DNA of 64,000 nucleotides from Escherichia coli (GTDB lineage Bacteria; Pseudomonadota; Gammaproteobacteria; Enterobacterales; Enterobacteriaceae): NCBI RefSeq assembly GCF_044324875.1, contig NZ_CP172185.1; one strand, 5' to 3'. Shown piece by piece: positions 49,325 to 64,000 of this stretch (position 1 is its first letter; each line of letters starts with the position of its first letter). The notes under the pieces were generated by a model. It saw only the letters and a program-made list of their open reading frames with translations, ran no database searches and was not told where the DNA came from. The position numbers and the translations under genes were made by a program.

Positions 49325-49342
49325 TTGCAGATTGCGTGCCAG
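49325..49342 (-). promoter_or_regulatory. Candidate sigma54 promoter of norVW
   Basis: Reverse complement CTGGCACGCAATCTGCAA (TGGCAC-N5-CTGCA) about 47 bp upstream of norV start. Confidence 0.6.
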
Positions 49343-49396
49343 TTTTTTATCTGATTGTTTTTACTCTATAAATAAAATTGTGCTCATTAATGAGTA

Positions 49397-49452
49397 GTCA
49401 AAATGACTATCAATCAAATGGTCGATATGACAATATCTATAGTCAAATTGAC
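49397..49452. promoter_or_regulatory. Three candidate NorR enhancer sites (GTCA-N3-TGAC)
   Basis: gtcaaaatgac (49397..49407), gtcgatatgac (49421..49431), gtcaaattgac (49442..49452) in the norR-norV divergent region. Confidence 0.65.
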
Positions 49453-49464
49453 AGTGAGGCAAAG

Positions 49465-50979
49465 ATGAGTTTTTCCGTTGATGTGCTGGCGAATATCGCC
49501 ATCGAATTGCAGCGTGGGATTGGTCATCAGGATCGTTTTCAGCGCCTGATCACCACGCTGCGTCAGGTGCTGGAGTGCGATGCGTCTGCGTTGCTACGTT
49601 ACGACTCGCGGCAGTTTATTCCGCTTGCCATCGACGGGCTGGCGAAGGATGTACTTGGTAGACGCTTTGCGCTGGAAGGTCATCCACGGCTGGAAGCGAT
49701 TGCCCGCGCGGGTGATGTGGTGCGCTTTCCCGCAGACAGCGAATTGCCCGATCCCTATGACGGTTTGATTCCCGGGCAGGAGAGTCTGAAGGTTCACGCC
49801 TGCGTTGGTCTGCCATTGTTTGCCGGACAAAACCTGATCGGCGCATTGACGCTCGACGGGATGCAGCCCGATCAGTTCGATGTTTTCAGTGACGAAGAGT
49901 TACGGCTGATTGCTGCCCTGGCGGCGGGAGCGTTAAGCAATGCGTTGCTGATTGAACAACTGGAAAGTCAGAATATGCTGCCAGGCGATGCCGCGCCGTT
50001 TGAAGCGGTGAAACAGACGCAGATGATTGGCTTGTCGCCAGGCATGACGCAATTGAAAAAAGAGATTGAGATTGTGGCGGCGTCCGATCTCAACGTCCTG
50101 ATCAGCGGTGAGACGGGAACCGGTAAGGAGCTGGTGGCGAAAGCGATTCATGAAGCCTCGCCACGGGCGGTGAATCCGCTGGTCTATCTCAACTGTGCCG
50201 CACTGCCGGAAAGTGTGGCGGAAAGTGAACTGTTCGGGCATGTGAAAGGGGCGTTTACTGGCGCTATCAGTAACCGCAGCGGGAAGTTTGAAATGGCGGA
50301 TAACGGCACACTGTTTCTCGATGAGATCGGCGAGTTGTCGTTGGCATTGCAGGCCAAGTTGCTGCGAGTGTTGCAGTATGGCGATATTCAGCGTGTTGGC
50401 GATGACCGCAGTTTGCGGGTCGATGTGCGCGTGCTGGCGGCGACTAACCGCGACTTACGCGAAGAGGTGCTGGCAGGGCGATTCCGCGCCGATTTGTTTC
50501 ATCGCCTGAGCGTGTTCCCACTTTCGGTGCCGCCGCTGCGTAAGCGGGGCGATGATGTCATTCTGCTGGCGGGGTATTTCTGCGAGCAGTGTCGTTTGCG
50601 GCTGGGGCTCTCCCGCGTGGTATTAAGTGCCGGAGCGCGAAATTTACTGCAACACTACAATTTTCCGGGGAACGTTCGTGAACTGGAACATGCTATTCAT
50701 CGGGCGGTAGTGCTGGCGAGAGCAACCCGCAGCGGCGATGAAGTGATTCTTGAGGCGCAACATTTTGCTTTTCCTGAGGTGACGTTGCCGCCGCCAGAAG
50801 TGGCGGCGGTGCCCGTTGTTAAGCAAAACCTGCGTGAAGCGACAGAAGCGTTCCAGCGTGAAACCATTCGTCAGGCGCTGGCGCAAAATCATCACAACTG
50901 GGCCGCCTGTGCGCGGATGCTGGAAACCGACGTCGCCAACCTGCATCGGCTGGCGAAACGTCTGGGGCTGAAGGATTAA
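49465..50979 (+). CDS. norR: Anaerobic nitric oxide reductase transcriptional regulator (sigma54 EBP)
   Basis: Start set at [26 protein letters not shown]...; GAF, AAA+ (GETGTGKE) and HTH domains. Confidence 0.95.
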   Translation: MSFSVDVLANIAIELQRGIGHQDRFQRLITTLRQVLECDASALLRYDSRQFIPLAIDGLAKDVLGRRFALEGHPRLEAIARAGDVVRFPADSELPDPYDGLIPGQESLKVHACVGLPLFAGQNLIGALTLDGMQPDQFDVFSDEELRLIAALAAGALSNALLIEQLESQNMLPGDAAPFEAVKQTQMIGLSPGMTQLKKEIEIVAASDLNVLISGETGTGKELVAKAIHEASPRAVNPLVYLNCAALPESVAESELFGHVKGAFTGAISNRSGKFEMADNGTLFLDEIGELSLALQAKLLRVLQYGDIQRVGDDRSLRVDVRVLAATNRDLREEVLAGRFRADLFHRLSVFPLSVPPLRKRGDDVILLAGYFCEQCRLRLGLSRVVLSAGARNLLQHYNFPGNVRELEHAIHRAVVLARATRSGDEVILEAQHFAFPEVTLPPPEVAAVPVVKQNLREATEAFQRETIRQALAQNHHNWAACARMLETDVANLHRLAKRLGLKD

Positions 50980-51941
50980 ATAATCCCGGCCTGATAGAAA
51001 TCCTGCAGGTTAATTGCGCCGGTGAGTTTGCCGTTTTCATCCACCACCGGTGCGGCAGTGATTTTGCGCTTCATCAGGATCTCTTTGGCGTCGATGGCAC
51101 GGCTTTGCGCCTGTAATGTGGTGCCGCCTGTCGTCATCGCTTCATTAACTGGCGTGGTGAGTGCGCCGCCGCCAACCAGCCAGCGACGTAAATCACCGTC
51201 GGTAAAGACGCCTTGTACCTGTTGTTGAGCGTCACATACCGCCACCAGCCCCAGACCAGTGCGGCTAAGTTCCAGCATCGCGTCCATCACGCTGGCGGTT
51301 AACGCCACCTGCGGGATGGCATCGTCACGACGCATAAGATGATGCACTTTGTTCAGCAAGCGAGCGCCCAGCGCACCGGCTGGATGTGAACGGGCAAAAT
51401 CTTCTTCATTAAAACCGCGCGCCTGCATGACTGCCATCGCCAGCGCGTCGCCCATCATCAGGGTATTTACAGTGCTGGAAGTCGGCGCAAGGTGCATCGG
51501 GCAGGCTTCGCGTTCTACGGAGATATCCAGCACCGCTTTCGCCGCCAGGCCCAGCGGTGACGTCGGTTTGCCGGTCATCGCCAGCAGCGCGATAGATTTA
51601 TCTTCCAGACGCGGAATAATCAGATCCAGTTCCTTCGCGCCACCGGAGTAAGAGATAAACAGCATCACATCGCGGCTTTCGATCATCCCCAGGTCGCCGT
51701 GCAATGCCTCTGCCGGATGGACAAAAAAGGCAGGAGTGCCGGTGCTGGCAAGCGTTGCGGCGATTTTCTTACCAATGTGGCCCGATTTGCCAATTCCCGA
51801 AACCACCACTTTACCTTCGCAGTGCAGGATGATATTGGCGGCGCGAACAAAATCATCGCCCAGACGTTCCGGTAAACGGCTTGCTTCCTGTAACTCCAGC
51901 ATTAACGTCTGACGTCCCGCGTTCAGTAGTGCTTCACTCAT
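50976..51941 (-). CDS. gutQ: D-arabinose 5-phosphate isomerase
   Basis: 321 aa; SIS domain plus CBS pair. Confidence 0.93.
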   Translation of the reverse strand: MSEALLNAGRQTLMLELQEASRLPERLGDDFVRAANIILHCEGKVVVSGIGKSGHIGKKIAATLASTGTPAFFVHPAEALHGDLGMIESRDVMLFISYSGGAKELDLIIPRLEDKSIALLAMTGKPTSPLGLAAKAVLDISVEREACPMHLAPTSSTVNTLMMGDALAMAVMQARGFNEEDFARSHPAGALGARLLNKVHHLMRRDDAIPQVALTASVMDAMLELSRTGLGLVAVCDAQQQVQGVFTDGDLRRWLVGGGALTTPVNEAMTTGGTTLQAQSRAIDAKEILMKRKITAAPVVDENGKLTGAINLQDFYQAGII

Positions 51942-52707
51942 TGCTCTCTCCGGTTATGATCACATCGATCCCTTTCTTTTCCAGCGCCTGACGAAACGCC
52001 GGATCGATACCTGCGTCGGTAATTAGCTTATCGACGCTTTCAAGACTGCAAACTACGTTGGGGCTTTTACGGCCAAACTTTGATGAGTCTGCCATCAAAA
52101 TCACTTCGCGCGCGGCATTGCACATTGCCTTACTGACGGTATAAACCTCGTTGAACGTGGTTACGCCCGCATTGAGATCGATGCCGTCGGTGCCCATAAA
52201 CAATTTATCGAAGGTGAAATGCTCGAAGGCATTCTCTGCCAGTTGCCCGTGAAATGAGGCCGATTTTTTACGAAATGTTCCGCCTGGCATCAGGATAGTT
52301 TGTTCGTTATCCAGTTCGGATAGCGCATTGACGATATGCAGGCTGTTGGTCATCACTGTGATGTTATTAAAGCGCGAGAGCAGGGGAACCATCTGCAAAA
52401 CGGTACTGCCAGCATCAAGAATGATCGAATCGCCATCATGGATAAAACTAACGGCAGCTTCTGCAATCAGCTCTTTCTTGTGGGTGTTGATGAGAGTTTT
52501 ATGATCGATAGGCGGATCGGATTCCTCTTTATTCAACACCACTCCGCCATAAGTACGAATGACGGTTCCGGCATGTTCCAGAATGACCAGATCTTTGCGG
52601 ATGGTTGTGCCTGTGGTGTCAAAGTATTGCGCCAATTCTTCAACCGAGCATTTACCCTGCTTTTGCAGATACTCCAGAATGGCGGCCTGACGCTGACGAG
52701 GTTTCAT
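51934..52707 (-). CDS. srlR: DeoR-family glucitol operon repressor
   Basis: 257 aa, [29 protein letters not shown]... Confidence 0.93.
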   Translation of the reverse strand: MKPRQRQAAILEYLQKQGKCSVEELAQYFDTTGTTIRKDLVILEHAGTVIRTYGGVVLNKEESDPPIDHKTLINTHKKELIAEAAVSFIHDGDSIILDAGSTVLQMVPLLSRFNNITVMTNSLHIVNALSELDNEQTILMPGGTFRKKSASFHGQLAENAFEHFTFDKLFMGTDGIDLNAGVTTFNEVYTVSKAMCNAAREVILMADSSKFGRKSPNVVCSLESVDKLITDAGIDPAFRQALEKKGIDVIITGESNE

Positions 52708-52773
52708 GGGCGTGATTACCTGATTTAGGTTTCAAAATGATAACTTCGCAAGCAAGTAACATTCACAACGAAA

Positions 52774-53133
52774 TTATCCACGTTTCAGTTTAAGCGCCAA
52801 TGATAGAGCATTCTGTGATAGTGGATCATGGGGAAAGATCACATCGGGCTGTAAATCACCCGCATGCATACCGGTAATTGCGGGAATTTTTTGCGGTCGG
52901 GCGAAGACGGTCAGTCCTTTCATAAACAAGGTGTCGACGATGCGTTGCTGATCGTCTAGCGCGATGGCGACCACGACCCGCGGTTTAAAGCGCCCGCTGG
53001 AACGGCCCACGCCAACCCGCCCTTGCTGGCATAGTGTGTCGAAAGCACGGTTAAAACGAGAAATTTGCCAACCGCCTAAGGCCAGTTGCGCACACCAGGC
53101 GATAACGGCGACGGTGATGAGTGCGGATACCAT
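52774..53133 (-). CDS. gutM: Glucitol operon activator GutM
   Basis: 119 aa in expected position between srlD and srlR. Confidence 0.88.
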   Translation of the reverse strand: MVSALITVAVIAWCAQLALGGWQISRFNRAFDTLCQQGRVGVGRSSGRFKPRVVVAIALDDQQRIVDTLFMKGLTVFARPQKIPAITGMHAGDLQPDVIFPHDPLSQNALSLALKLKRG

Positions 53134-53238
53134 AACTTTTCCTTAATGTAGTGGCGGAAGTCCTGTATGCCTGATGAGCGTAGCGCATCAGGCATTTTAT
53201 TAGTCTCGCGGAGATCCTTAACGGATCTCCGCTGTTGA

Positions 53239-54393
<1,155 letters not shown>

Positions 54394-54403
54394 GTTTCAG
54401 CCT

Positions 54404-55941
<1,538 letters not shown>

Positions 55942-56178
55942 TTATTGTTTTATTACCAAACGGCAACCTAATCTAATCAGATTGAAAGATTTAAAAGTGT
56001 TATTTTGATCGCAAAATGAAAGATAAATATTTTAATTTGAAAGTTTGAATAAAAGGATAGCGAGGAGAATGAGTTGAGTTATGTAAAGTCCGTATCGGGC
56101 AGTGACTACCGCTTCCTTGTGCGGGGCGTGATGCTTTACCATACTTGCCCCTGGTTGAATCTGTTAAATGGACCCCTC

Positions 56179-57264
56179 ATGTTCACGCGTCGTTATGTAA
56201 CATTGCTTCCCCTTTTTGTGTTGCTTGCCGCCTGTAGCAGCAAGCCAAAACCTACTGAGACTGAAACGACCACCGGAACGCCGTCTGGCGGCTTCCTGCT
56301 TGAGCCGCAGCACAATGTGATGCAGATGGGCGGCGATTTCGCTAATAACCCGAATGCCCAGCAGTTCATCGACAAAATGGTGAACAAACACGGTTTCAAT
56401 CGTCAGCAGTTGCAGGAAATTCTCTCCCAGGCGAAACGTCTGGATTCGGTATTGCGGCTGATGGATAACCAGGCACCAACTACTTCGGTGAAACCGCCAT
56501 CAGGTCCGAACGGCGCATGGCTGCGTTATCGCAAAAAATTTATTACGCCGGACAACGTGCAGAATGGTGTCGTTTTCTGGAATCAGTATGAAGATGCGCT
56601 GAATCGCGCGTGGCAGGTGTATGGCGTACCGCCGGAAATTATCGTCGGGATTATCGGCGTTGAAACGCGCTGGGGGCGCGTGATGGGGAAAACTCGCATC
56701 CTCGATGCGCTGGCAACACTGTCATTTAACTACCCACGCCGCGCGGAGTATTTCTCTGGCGAGCTGGAAACCTTCCTGCTGATGGCGCGCGACGAGCAGG
56801 ACGATCCGCTCAATCTGAAAGGTTCCTTTGCCGGGGCGATGGGCTACGGACAGTTTATGCCGTCGTCTTACAAACAATACGCGGTAGATTTCAGCGGCGA
56901 CGGGCATATCAACCTGTGGGATCCGGTTGATGCCATTGGTAGTGTGGCGAACTATTTCAAAGCGCACGGCTGGGTGAAAGGTGATCAGGTTGCGGTGATG
57001 GCAAACGGTCAGGCTCCAGGCTTGCCAAATGGCTTCAAAACCAAGTACAGCATTTCGCAGCTTGCCGCGGCAGGTTTAACGCCACAGCAGCCGCTGGGCA
57101 ACCATCAACAAGCCAGCCTGCTGCGTCTGGATGTCGGTACCGGTTACCAGTACTGGTACGGTCTGCCGAACTTCTACACCATCACCCGTTACAACCACAG
57201 TACCCATTACGCAATGGCGGTCTGGCAGTTAGGACAAGCCGTGGCGCTGGCGCGCGTGCAGTAA
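56179..57264 (+). CDS. mltB: Membrane-bound lytic murein transglycosylase B
   Basis: Start set at MFTRRYVTLLPLFVLLAACSS (lipobox) within the longer ORF 56074..57264. Confidence 0.92.
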   Translation: MFTRRYVTLLPLFVLLAACSSKPKPTETETTTGTPSGGFLLEPQHNVMQMGGDFANNPNAQQFIDKMVNKHGFNRQQLQEILSQAKRLDSVLRLMDNQAPTTSVKPPSGPNGAWLRYRKKFITPDNVQNGVVFWNQYEDALNRAWQVYGVPPEIIVGIIGVETRWGRVMGKTRILDALATLSFNYPRRAEYFSGELETFLLMARDEQDDPLNLKGSFAGAMGYGQFMPSSYKQYAVDFSGDGHINLWDPVDAIGSVANYFKAHGWVKGDQVAVMANGQAPGLPNGFKTKYSISQLAAAGLTPQQPLGNHQQASLLRLDVGTGYQYWYGLPNFYTITRYNHSTHYAMAVWQLGQAVALARVQ

Positions 57265-57408
57265 CTATTTGCAAGAGGGGAGCGTGAGCTTCCCTCTGGC
57301 TAATCAGCTTTTTTCTGAATCCTCCTCGTAAAATTGCAACGCCAACACCATCTTCCTGACGAAAGTGCTATCTTGTCCGGCATAAATTTTTGACTGACAG
57401 AGGTTGTG

Positions 57409-57906
57409 ATGACTGACAGTGAACTGATGCAGTTAAGCGAACAGGTTGGGCAGGCGCTGAAAGCCCGTGGCGCAACCGTAACAACTGCTGAGTCTTGTAC
57501 CGGTGGTTGGGTAGCGAAAGTGATTACCGATATTGCCGGCAGTTCCGCCTGGTTTGAACGCGGATTTGTCACCTACAGTAACGAAGCAAAAGCGCAAATG
57601 ATCGGTGTACGCGAAGAGACGCTGGCGCAGCATGGCGCGGTGAGCGAACCTGTCGTGGTGGAAATGGCGATAGGCGCACTGAAAGCGGCTCGTGCTGATT
57701 ATGCTGTGTCTATTAGTGGTATCGCCGGGCCGGATGGCGGCAGTGAAGAGAAGCCTGTCGGCACCGTCTGGTTTGCTTTTGCCACCGCCCGCGGCGAAGG
57801 TATTACCCGGCGGGAATGCTTCAGCGGTGACCGTGATGCGGTGCGTCGTCAGGCTACTGCGTATGCATTGCAGACCTTGTGGCAACAATTTCTACAAAAC
57901 ACTTGA
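57409..57906 (+). CDS. pncC: NMN amidohydrolase (CinA C-terminal domain family)
   Basis: MTDSELMQLSEQVGQALKARGATVTTAESCTGGWVAKVITDIAGSSAWFERGF... Confidence 0.9.
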   Translation: MTDSELMQLSEQVGQALKARGATVTTAESCTGGWVAKVITDIAGSSAWFERGFVTYSNEAKAQMIGVREETLAQHGAVSEPVVVEMAIGALKAARADYAVSISGIAGPDGGSEEKPVGTVWFAFATARGEGITRRECFSGDRDAVRRQATAYALQTLWQQFLQNT

Positions 57907-59047
<1,141 letters not shown>

Positions 59048-59067
59048 TCGTCTTGTTTGATACACAA

Positions 59068-59098
59068 GGGTCGCATCTGCGGCCCTTTTGCTTTTTTA
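59068..59098 (+). terminator. recA-recX intergenic hairpin (terminator/attenuator)
   Basis: GGGTCGCATCTGCGGCCC hairpin followed by TTTTGCTTTTTT. Confidence 0.7.
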
Positions 59099-59115
59099 AG
59101 TTGTAAGGATATGCC

Positions 59116-59616
59116 ATGACAGAATCAACGTCCCGTCGCCCGGCATATGCTCGCCTGTTGGATCGTGCGGTACGCATTCTGGCGGTGCGCGATCACAGTG
59201 AGCAAGAACTGCGACGTAAACTCGCGGCACCGATTATGGGCAAAAATGGCCCGGAAGAGATTGATGCCACGGCAGAAGATTACGAGCGCGTTATTGCCTG
59301 GTGCCATGAACATGGCTATCTCGATGACAGCCGATTTGTGGCGCGCTTTATCGCCAGCCGTAGCCGCAAAGGTTATGGACCTGCGCGTATTCGTCAGGAA
59401 CTGAATCAGAAAGGTATTTCCCGCGAAGCGACAGAAAAAGCGATGCGTGAATGTGACATCGACTGGTGCGCACTGGCGCGCGATCAGGCGACGCGAAAAT
59501 ATGGCGAACCTTTGCCAACTGTCTTTTCAGAAAAAGTTAAGATCCAGCGTTTTCTGCTCTATCGTGGCTATCTGATGGAAGATATCCAGGATATTTGGCG
59601 AAATTTTGCCGACTGA
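59116..59616 (+). CDS. recX: RecA regulator RecX
   Basis: 166 aa directly downstream of recA. Confidence 0.93.
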   Translation: MTESTSRRPAYARLLDRAVRILAVRDHSEQELRRKLAAPIMGKNGPEEIDATAEDYERVIAWCHEHGYLDDSRFVARFIASRSRKGYGPARIRQELNQKGISREATEKAMRECDIDWCALARDQATRKYGEPLPTVFSEKVKIQRFLLYRGYLMEDIQDIWRNFAD

Positions 59617-59743
59617 ACGCATACGGTATTTTACTTCCCAGTCAAGAAAACTTATCTTATTCCCACTTTTCAGTTACCAGCCCGGCGGTTAAGACACGCT
59701 GGAGCTGGTGGCGATATTTCGTTAGCTTGATTTCAGGATAATT

Positions 59744-62374
59744 ATGAGCAAGAGCACCGCTGAGATCCGTCAGGCGTTTCTCGACTTTTTCCATAGTAAG
59801 GGACATCAGGTAGTTGCCAGCAGCTCCCTGGTACCCCATAACGACCCAACTTTGTTGTTTACCAACGCCGGGATGAACCAGTTCAAGGATGTGTTCCTTG
59901 GGCTCGACAAGCGTAATTATTCCCGCGCTACCACTTCCCAACGCTGCGTGCGTGCGGGTGGTAAACACAACGACCTGGAAAACGTCGGTTACACCGCGCG
60001 TCACCATACCTTCTTCGAAATGCTGGGCAACTTCAGCTTCGGCGACTATTTCAAACACGATGCCATTCAGTTTGCATGGGAACTGCTGACCAGCGAAAAA
60101 TGGTTTGCCCTGCCGAAAGAGCGTCTGTGGGTTACCGTCTATGAAAGCGACGACGAAGCCTACGAAATCTGGGAAAAAGAAGTAGGGATCCCGCGCGAAC
60201 GTATTATTCGCATCGGCGATAACAAAGGTGCGCCATACGCATCTGACAACTTCTGGCAGATGGGTGACACTGGTCCGTGCGGCCCGTGCACCGAAATCTT
60301 CTACGATCACGGCGACCACATTTGGGGTGGCCCTCCGGGAAGTCCGGAAGAAGACGGCGATCGCTACATTGAGATCTGGAACATCGTCTTCATGCAGTTC
60401 AACCGCCAGGCAGATGGCACGATGGAACCGCTGCCGAAGCCGTCTGTAGATACCGGTATGGGTCTGGAGCGTATTGCTGCGGTGCTGCAACACGTTAACT
60501 CTAACTATGACATCGACCTGTTCCGCACGCTGATCCAGGCGGTAGCGAAAGTCACTGGCGCGACCGATCTGAGCAATAAATCGCTGCGCGTAATCGCTGA
60601 CCACATTCGTTCTTGTGCGTTCCTGATCGCGGATGGCGTAATGCCGTCCAATGAAAACCGTGGTTATGTACTGCGTCGTATCATTCGTCGCGCAGTGCGT
60701 CACGGCAATATGCTGGGCGCGAAAGAAACCTTCTTCTACAAACTGGTTGGTCCGCTGATCGACGTAATGGGCTCTGCGGGTGAAGACCTGAAACGCCAGC
60801 AGGCGCAGGTTGAGCAGGTGCTGAAGACTGAAGAAGAGCAGTTTGCCCGTACTCTGGAGCGCGGTCTGGCGCTGCTGGATGAAGAGCTGGCAAAACTTTC
60901 TGGTGATACGCTGGATGGTGAAACGGCTTTCCGTCTGTACGACACCTATGGCTTCCCGGTTGACCTGACGGCTGATGTTTGTCGTGAGCGCAACATCAAA
61001 GTTGACGAAGCTGGTTTCGAAGCAGCAATGGAAGAGCAGCGTCGTCGCGCGCGCGAAGCCAGCGGCTTTGGTGCCGATTACAACGCAATGATCCGTGTTG
61101 ACAGTGCATCTGAATTTAAAGGCTATGACCATCTGGAACTGAACGGCAAAGTGACCGCGCTGTTTGTTGATGGTAAATCGGTTGATGTCATCAATGCAGG
61201 CCAGGAAGCTGTGGTCGTGCTGGATCAAACGCCATTCTATGCGGAATCCGGCGGTCAGGTTGGTGATAAAGGCGAACTGAAAGGCGCTAACTTCTCCTTT
61301 GCGGTGGAAGATACGCAGAAATACGGCCAGGCGATTGGTCACATCGGTAAACTTGCTGCGGGTTCTCTGAAAGTGGGCGACGCGGTGCAGGCTGATGTTG
61401 ATGAAGCTCGTCGCGCCCGTATTCGTCTGAATCACTCCGCAACGCACCTGATGCACGCTGCGCTGCGCCAGGTTCTGGGTACTCATGTATCGCAGAAAGG
61501 TTCACTGGTTAACGACAAAGTGCTGCGCTTCGACTTCTCACACAACGAAGCGATGAAACCAGAAGAGATTCGTGCGGTCGAAGACCTGGTGAACGCACAG
61601 ATTCGCCGTAACTTGCCGATTGAAACCAACATCATGGATCTCGAAGCGGCGAAAGCGAAAGGTGCGATGGCGCTGTTCGGCGAGAAGTATGATGAGCGCG
61701 TACGCGTGCTGAGCATGGGCGATTTCTCCACCGAGCTGTGTGGCGGTACTCACGCCAGCCGCACCGGTGATATTGGTCTGTTCCGCATCATCTCTGAATC
61801 GGGTACTGCTGCAGGCGTTCGTCGTATCGAAGCGGTAACCGGAGAAGGCGCTATCGCCACCGTTCATGCAGACAGCGATCGCTTAAGCGAAGTCGCGCAT
61901 CTGCTGAAAGGCGATAGCAATAATCTGGCTGATAAAGTGCGCTCAGTACTGGAACGTACGCGTCAGTTAGAAAAAGAACTACAACAGCTTAAAGAACAAG
62001 CTGCCGCACAGGAGAGCGCAAATCTTTCCAGTAAGGCAATTGATGTTAATGGTGTTAAGCTGTTGGTTAGCGAGCTTAGCGGTGTTGAGCCGAAAATGTT
62101 GCGTACCATGGTTGACGATTTAAAAAATCAGCTGGGGTCGACAATTATCGTGCTGGCAACGGTAGCCGAAGGTAAGGTTTCTCTGATTGCAGGCGTATCT
62201 AAGGACGTCACAGATCGTGTGAAAGCAGGGGAACTGATTGGTATGGTCGCTCAGCAGGTGGGCGGCAAGGGTGGTGGACGTCCTGACATGGCGCAAGCCG
62301 GTGGTACGGATGCTGCGGCCTTACCTGCAGCGTTAGCCAGTGTGAAAGGCTGGGTCAGCGCGAAATTGCAATAA
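59744..62374 (+). CDS. alaS: Alanine--tRNA ligase
   Basis: 876 aa, [31 protein letters not shown]... Confidence 0.98.
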   Translation: MSKSTAEIRQAFLDFFHSKGHQVVASSSLVPHNDPTLLFTNAGMNQFKDVFLGLDKRNYSRATTSQRCVRAGGKHNDLENVGYTARHHTFFEMLGNFSFGDYFKHDAIQFAWELLTSEKWFALPKERLWVTVYESDDEAYEIWEKEVGIPRERIIRIGDNKGAPYASDNFWQMGDTGPCGPCTEIFYDHGDHIWGGPPGSPEEDGDRYIEIWNIVFMQFNRQADGTMEPLPKPSVDTGMGLERIAAVLQHVNSNYDIDLFRTLIQAVAKVTGATDLSNKSLRVIADHIRSCAFLIADGVMPSNENRGYVLRRIIRRAVRHGNMLGAKETFFYKLVGPLIDVMGSAGEDLKRQQAQVEQVLKTEEEQFARTLERGLALLDEELAKLSGDTLDGETAFRLYDTYGFPVDLTADVCRERNIKVDEAGFEAAMEEQRRRAREASGFGADYNAMIRVDSASEFKGYDHLELNGKVTALFVDGKSVDVINAGQEAVVVLDQTPFYAESGGQVGDKGELKGANFSFAVEDTQKYGQAIGHIGKLAAGSLKVGDAVQADVDEARRARIRLNHSATHLMHAALRQVLGTHVSQKGSLVNDKVLRFDFSHNEAMKPEEIRAVEDLVNAQIRRNLPIETNIMDLEAAKAKGAMALFGEKYDERVRVLSMGDFSTELCGGTHASRTGDIGLFRIISESGTAAGVRRIEAVTGEGAIATVHADSDRLSEVAHLLKGDSNNLADKVRSVLERTRQLEKELQQLKEQAAAQESANLSSKAIDVNGVKLLVSELSGVEPKMLRTMVDDLKNQLGSTIIVLATVAEGKVSLIAGVSKDVTDRVKAGELIGMVAQQVGGKGGGRPDMAQAGGTDAAALPAALASVKGWVSAKLQ

Positions 62375-62608
62375 TATAAGCGTCAGGCAATGCCGTGGAC
62401 TCGCTTCACGGCATTCGCATTAACGCTATCGACAACGATAAAGTCAGGTTGAAGTTGTGTATATCGGCTAAACTTAGGTTTAACAGAATGTAATGCCATG
62501 ACTGCTTACATGTAATGTGTTTGTCATTGCTTACTTTTTGGCGTTATATGATGGATAATGCCGGGATACAGAGAGACCCGACTCTTTTAATCTTTCAAGG
62601 AGCAAAGA

Positions 62609-62794
62609 ATGCTGATTCTGACTCGTCGAGTTGGTGAGACCCTCATGATTGGGGATGAGGTCACCGTGACAGTTTTAGGGGTAAAGGGCAACCAGGTACG
62701 TATTGGCGTAAATGCCCCGAAGGAAGTTTCTGTTCACCGTGAAGAGATCTACCAGCGTATCCAGGCTGAAAAATCCCAGCAGTCCAGTTACTAA
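62609..62794 (+). CDS. csrA: Carbon storage regulator CsrA
   Basis: 61 aa [61 protein letters not shown]. Confidence 0.98.
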
Positions 62795-63109
62795 TCTTTC
62801 CGCGTCTCATCTTTATCGGTGAGACGCACCCTCAAAATTTCTTCTTCACTCCATTGTCTTTTCGCTTTACTCCCGTTCATTCAACTTAAGTCTCCATTTT
62901 TTTGCATTACTGCTATCTGACAGACCTCCGTTTTTCTGTTGATAAAACACTCTTTTTGACGTTTTTACAGACTAATTGAGCGTGAAGTGTGCAAACGATA
63001 AAAGTGTGGGAAAAATTGTTTGACTTATAAGTCTCAGAAAGTAATATGTGCGCCACGCAGCGACGATGAGCGATAAACAAGTTCTTCGAAGCACTCGTAA
63101 GAGGCGTGT

Positions 63110-63202
63110 GGTGAGGTGGCCGAGAGGCTGAAGGCGCTCCCCTGCTAAGGGAGTATGCGGTCAAAAGCTGCATCCGGGGTTCGAATCCCCGCCTCACCGC
63201 CA
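63110..63202 (+). tRNA. serV: tRNA-Ser (anticodon GCU)
   Basis: 93 nt GGTGAGGTGGCCGAGAGG...CCTGCTAAGG...GGTTCGAATCCCCGCCTCACCGCCA; long variable arm; encoded CCA. Confidence 0.95.
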
Positions 63203-63205
63203 TTT

Positions 63206-63282
63206 GCATCCGTAGCTCAGCTGGATAGAGTACTCGGCTACGAACCGAGCGGTCGGAGGTTCGAATCCTCCCGGATGCACCA
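63206..63282 (+). tRNA. argV: tRNA-Arg (anticodon ACG), copy 1
   Basis: 77 nt GCATCCGTAGCTCAGCTGGATAGAGTACTCGGCTACGAACCGAGCGGTCGGAGGTTCGAATCCTCCCGGATGCACCA. Confidence 0.95.
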
Positions 63283-63480
63283 TATTCTACGTACTTTCAG
63301 CGATGAAGGTATGGAAGAGGTGGCGGTAATAACCGCAGGCACTAGGGAGGATAACGTTGCTTTAGCAACGGCCCGAAGGGCGAGCCGCAAGGCGAGTAAT
63401 CCTCCCGGATGCACCATCTCTTACTTGATACGGCTTTAGTAGCGGTATCAAAAAATCTGCAGTAAAGTAAGTTTCCCGAT
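63283..63480 (+). repeat. tRNA-Arg inter-gene spacer unit 1 containing duplicated tRNA 3' end (63398..63416)
   Basis: 198 bp spacer; copy of AATCCTCCCGGATGCACCA about 115 nt after the tRNA; near-identical spacer repeats after copy 2. Confidence 0.8.
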
Positions 63481-63557
63481 GCATCCGTAGCTCAGCTGGA
63501 TAGAGTACTCGGCTACGAACCGAGCGGTCGGAGGTTCGAATCCTCCCGGATGCACCA
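63481..63557 (+). tRNA. tRNA-Arg (anticodon ACG), copy 2
   Basis: Identical 77 nt sequence to copy 1, 275 bp downstream. Confidence 0.95.
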
Positions 63558-63700
63558 TATTCTCCGTAATCTTCAGCAATGAAGGTATCGAAGAGGTAGC
63601 GGTATTAACCGCAGGCACCAGGGAGGATAACGTTGCGCCAGCAACGGCCCGAAGGGCGAACGCCAGTGAGTCATCCTCCCGGATGCACCATCATCTCCAA
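63558..63700 (+). repeat. tRNA-Arg spacer unit 2 with duplicated tRNA 3' end (63673..63690)
   Basis: Same architecture as unit 1 with a few substitutions; not followed by another tRNA within the window. Confidence 0.75.
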
Positions 63701-63837
63701 AAAATTTCCTTCAAAAATATCTCATTTCTAAATAACTACTTTATCCATTTCCTGAATTTTCTTCTCCTTCGCCATCAGCGACAAAATCAAGCAATTACGC
63801 TAAAGTAGCGTCATATTTTTCGACTTGCGAGAAGACC

Positions 63838-64000
63838 ATGTACGAGCGTTATGCAGGTTTAATTTTTGATATGGATGGCACAATCCTGGATACGGAGCCT
63901 ACGCACCGTAAAGCGTGGCGCGAAGTATTAGGGCACTACGGTCTTCAGTACGATGTTCAGGCGATGATTGCGCTTAATGGCTCGCCCACCTGGCGTATTG
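63838..64000 (+). CDS. yqaB: HAD-family sugar phosphatase YqaB (5' part; continues beyond window)
   Basis: MYERYAGLIFDMDGTILDTEPTHRKAWREVLGHYGL...; HAD motif I DMDGT. Confidence 0.85.
   Translation, partial: MYERYAGLIFDMDGTILDTEPTHRKAWREVLGHYGLQYDVQAMIALNGSPTWRI

Noticed and set aside
59657-61486. 609 aa ORF on the minus strand, entirely antisense to alaS
   Set aside because: Its codons are exactly aligned with the alaS codons, so antisense stops can arise only from sense TTA, CTA or TCA, which are rare codons in a highly expressed gene. The long open frame is a codon-bias artefact, with no RBS or independent gene context.
62806-62836. Hairpin after csrA (gcgtctcatctttatcggtgagacgc) as an intrinsic terminator
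   Set aside because: The stem is clear but no T-run follows; it may be a processing or stability element rather than a terminator, so it was not annotated.
63155-63439. 94 aa ORF from the six-frame track
   Set aside because: It spans tRNA-Ser, tRNA-Arg and the tRNA spacer; the region is an RNA operon, not coding.

Overview
This window reads as an Escherichia coli chromosomal segment from a non-K-12 strain, colinear with the K-12 cas-iap-cysDNC ... rpoS ... mutS ... recA-alaS-csrA region, in reversed orientation relative to how I recall K-12 being numbered. Gene calls rest on the supplied ORF translations compared with E. coli proteins from memory plus operon context; no database search was run. 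Order: a type I-E CRISPR-Cas locus (3' part of cse1/casA, cse2, cas7e, cas5e, cas6e, cas1, cas2, leader, array of 9 repeats and 8 spacers), iap, cysDNC, ygbE, ftsB, ispDF, truD, surE, pcm, nlpD, rpoS, then a strain-variable rpoS-mutS island (MarR-family regulator, ecdBCD-like UbiX/UbiD decarboxylase genes with an in-frame amber stop in the small subunit, pphB, an AT-rich secreted Sel1-repeat protein), mutS, ygbA, a di-TOBE molbindin gene, fhlA, hypEDCBA, hycABCDEFGHI, ascBFG, hydN-hypF, norWV/norR, gutQ-srlRMDBEA, mltB, pncC, recA, recX, alaS, csrA, tRNA-Ser, two tRNA-Arg copies in repeated structured spacers, and the start of yqaB. Most of the window is ordinary core genome. The items worth a second look are the divergent Cascade genes beside K-12-like cas1/cas2 and repeats, the unidentified spacers, the rpoS-mutS island and its ecdD amber codon, the Sel1 gene, the molbindin insertion and the tRNA-Arg spacer architecture. 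I found no convincing wholly novel system beyond these.
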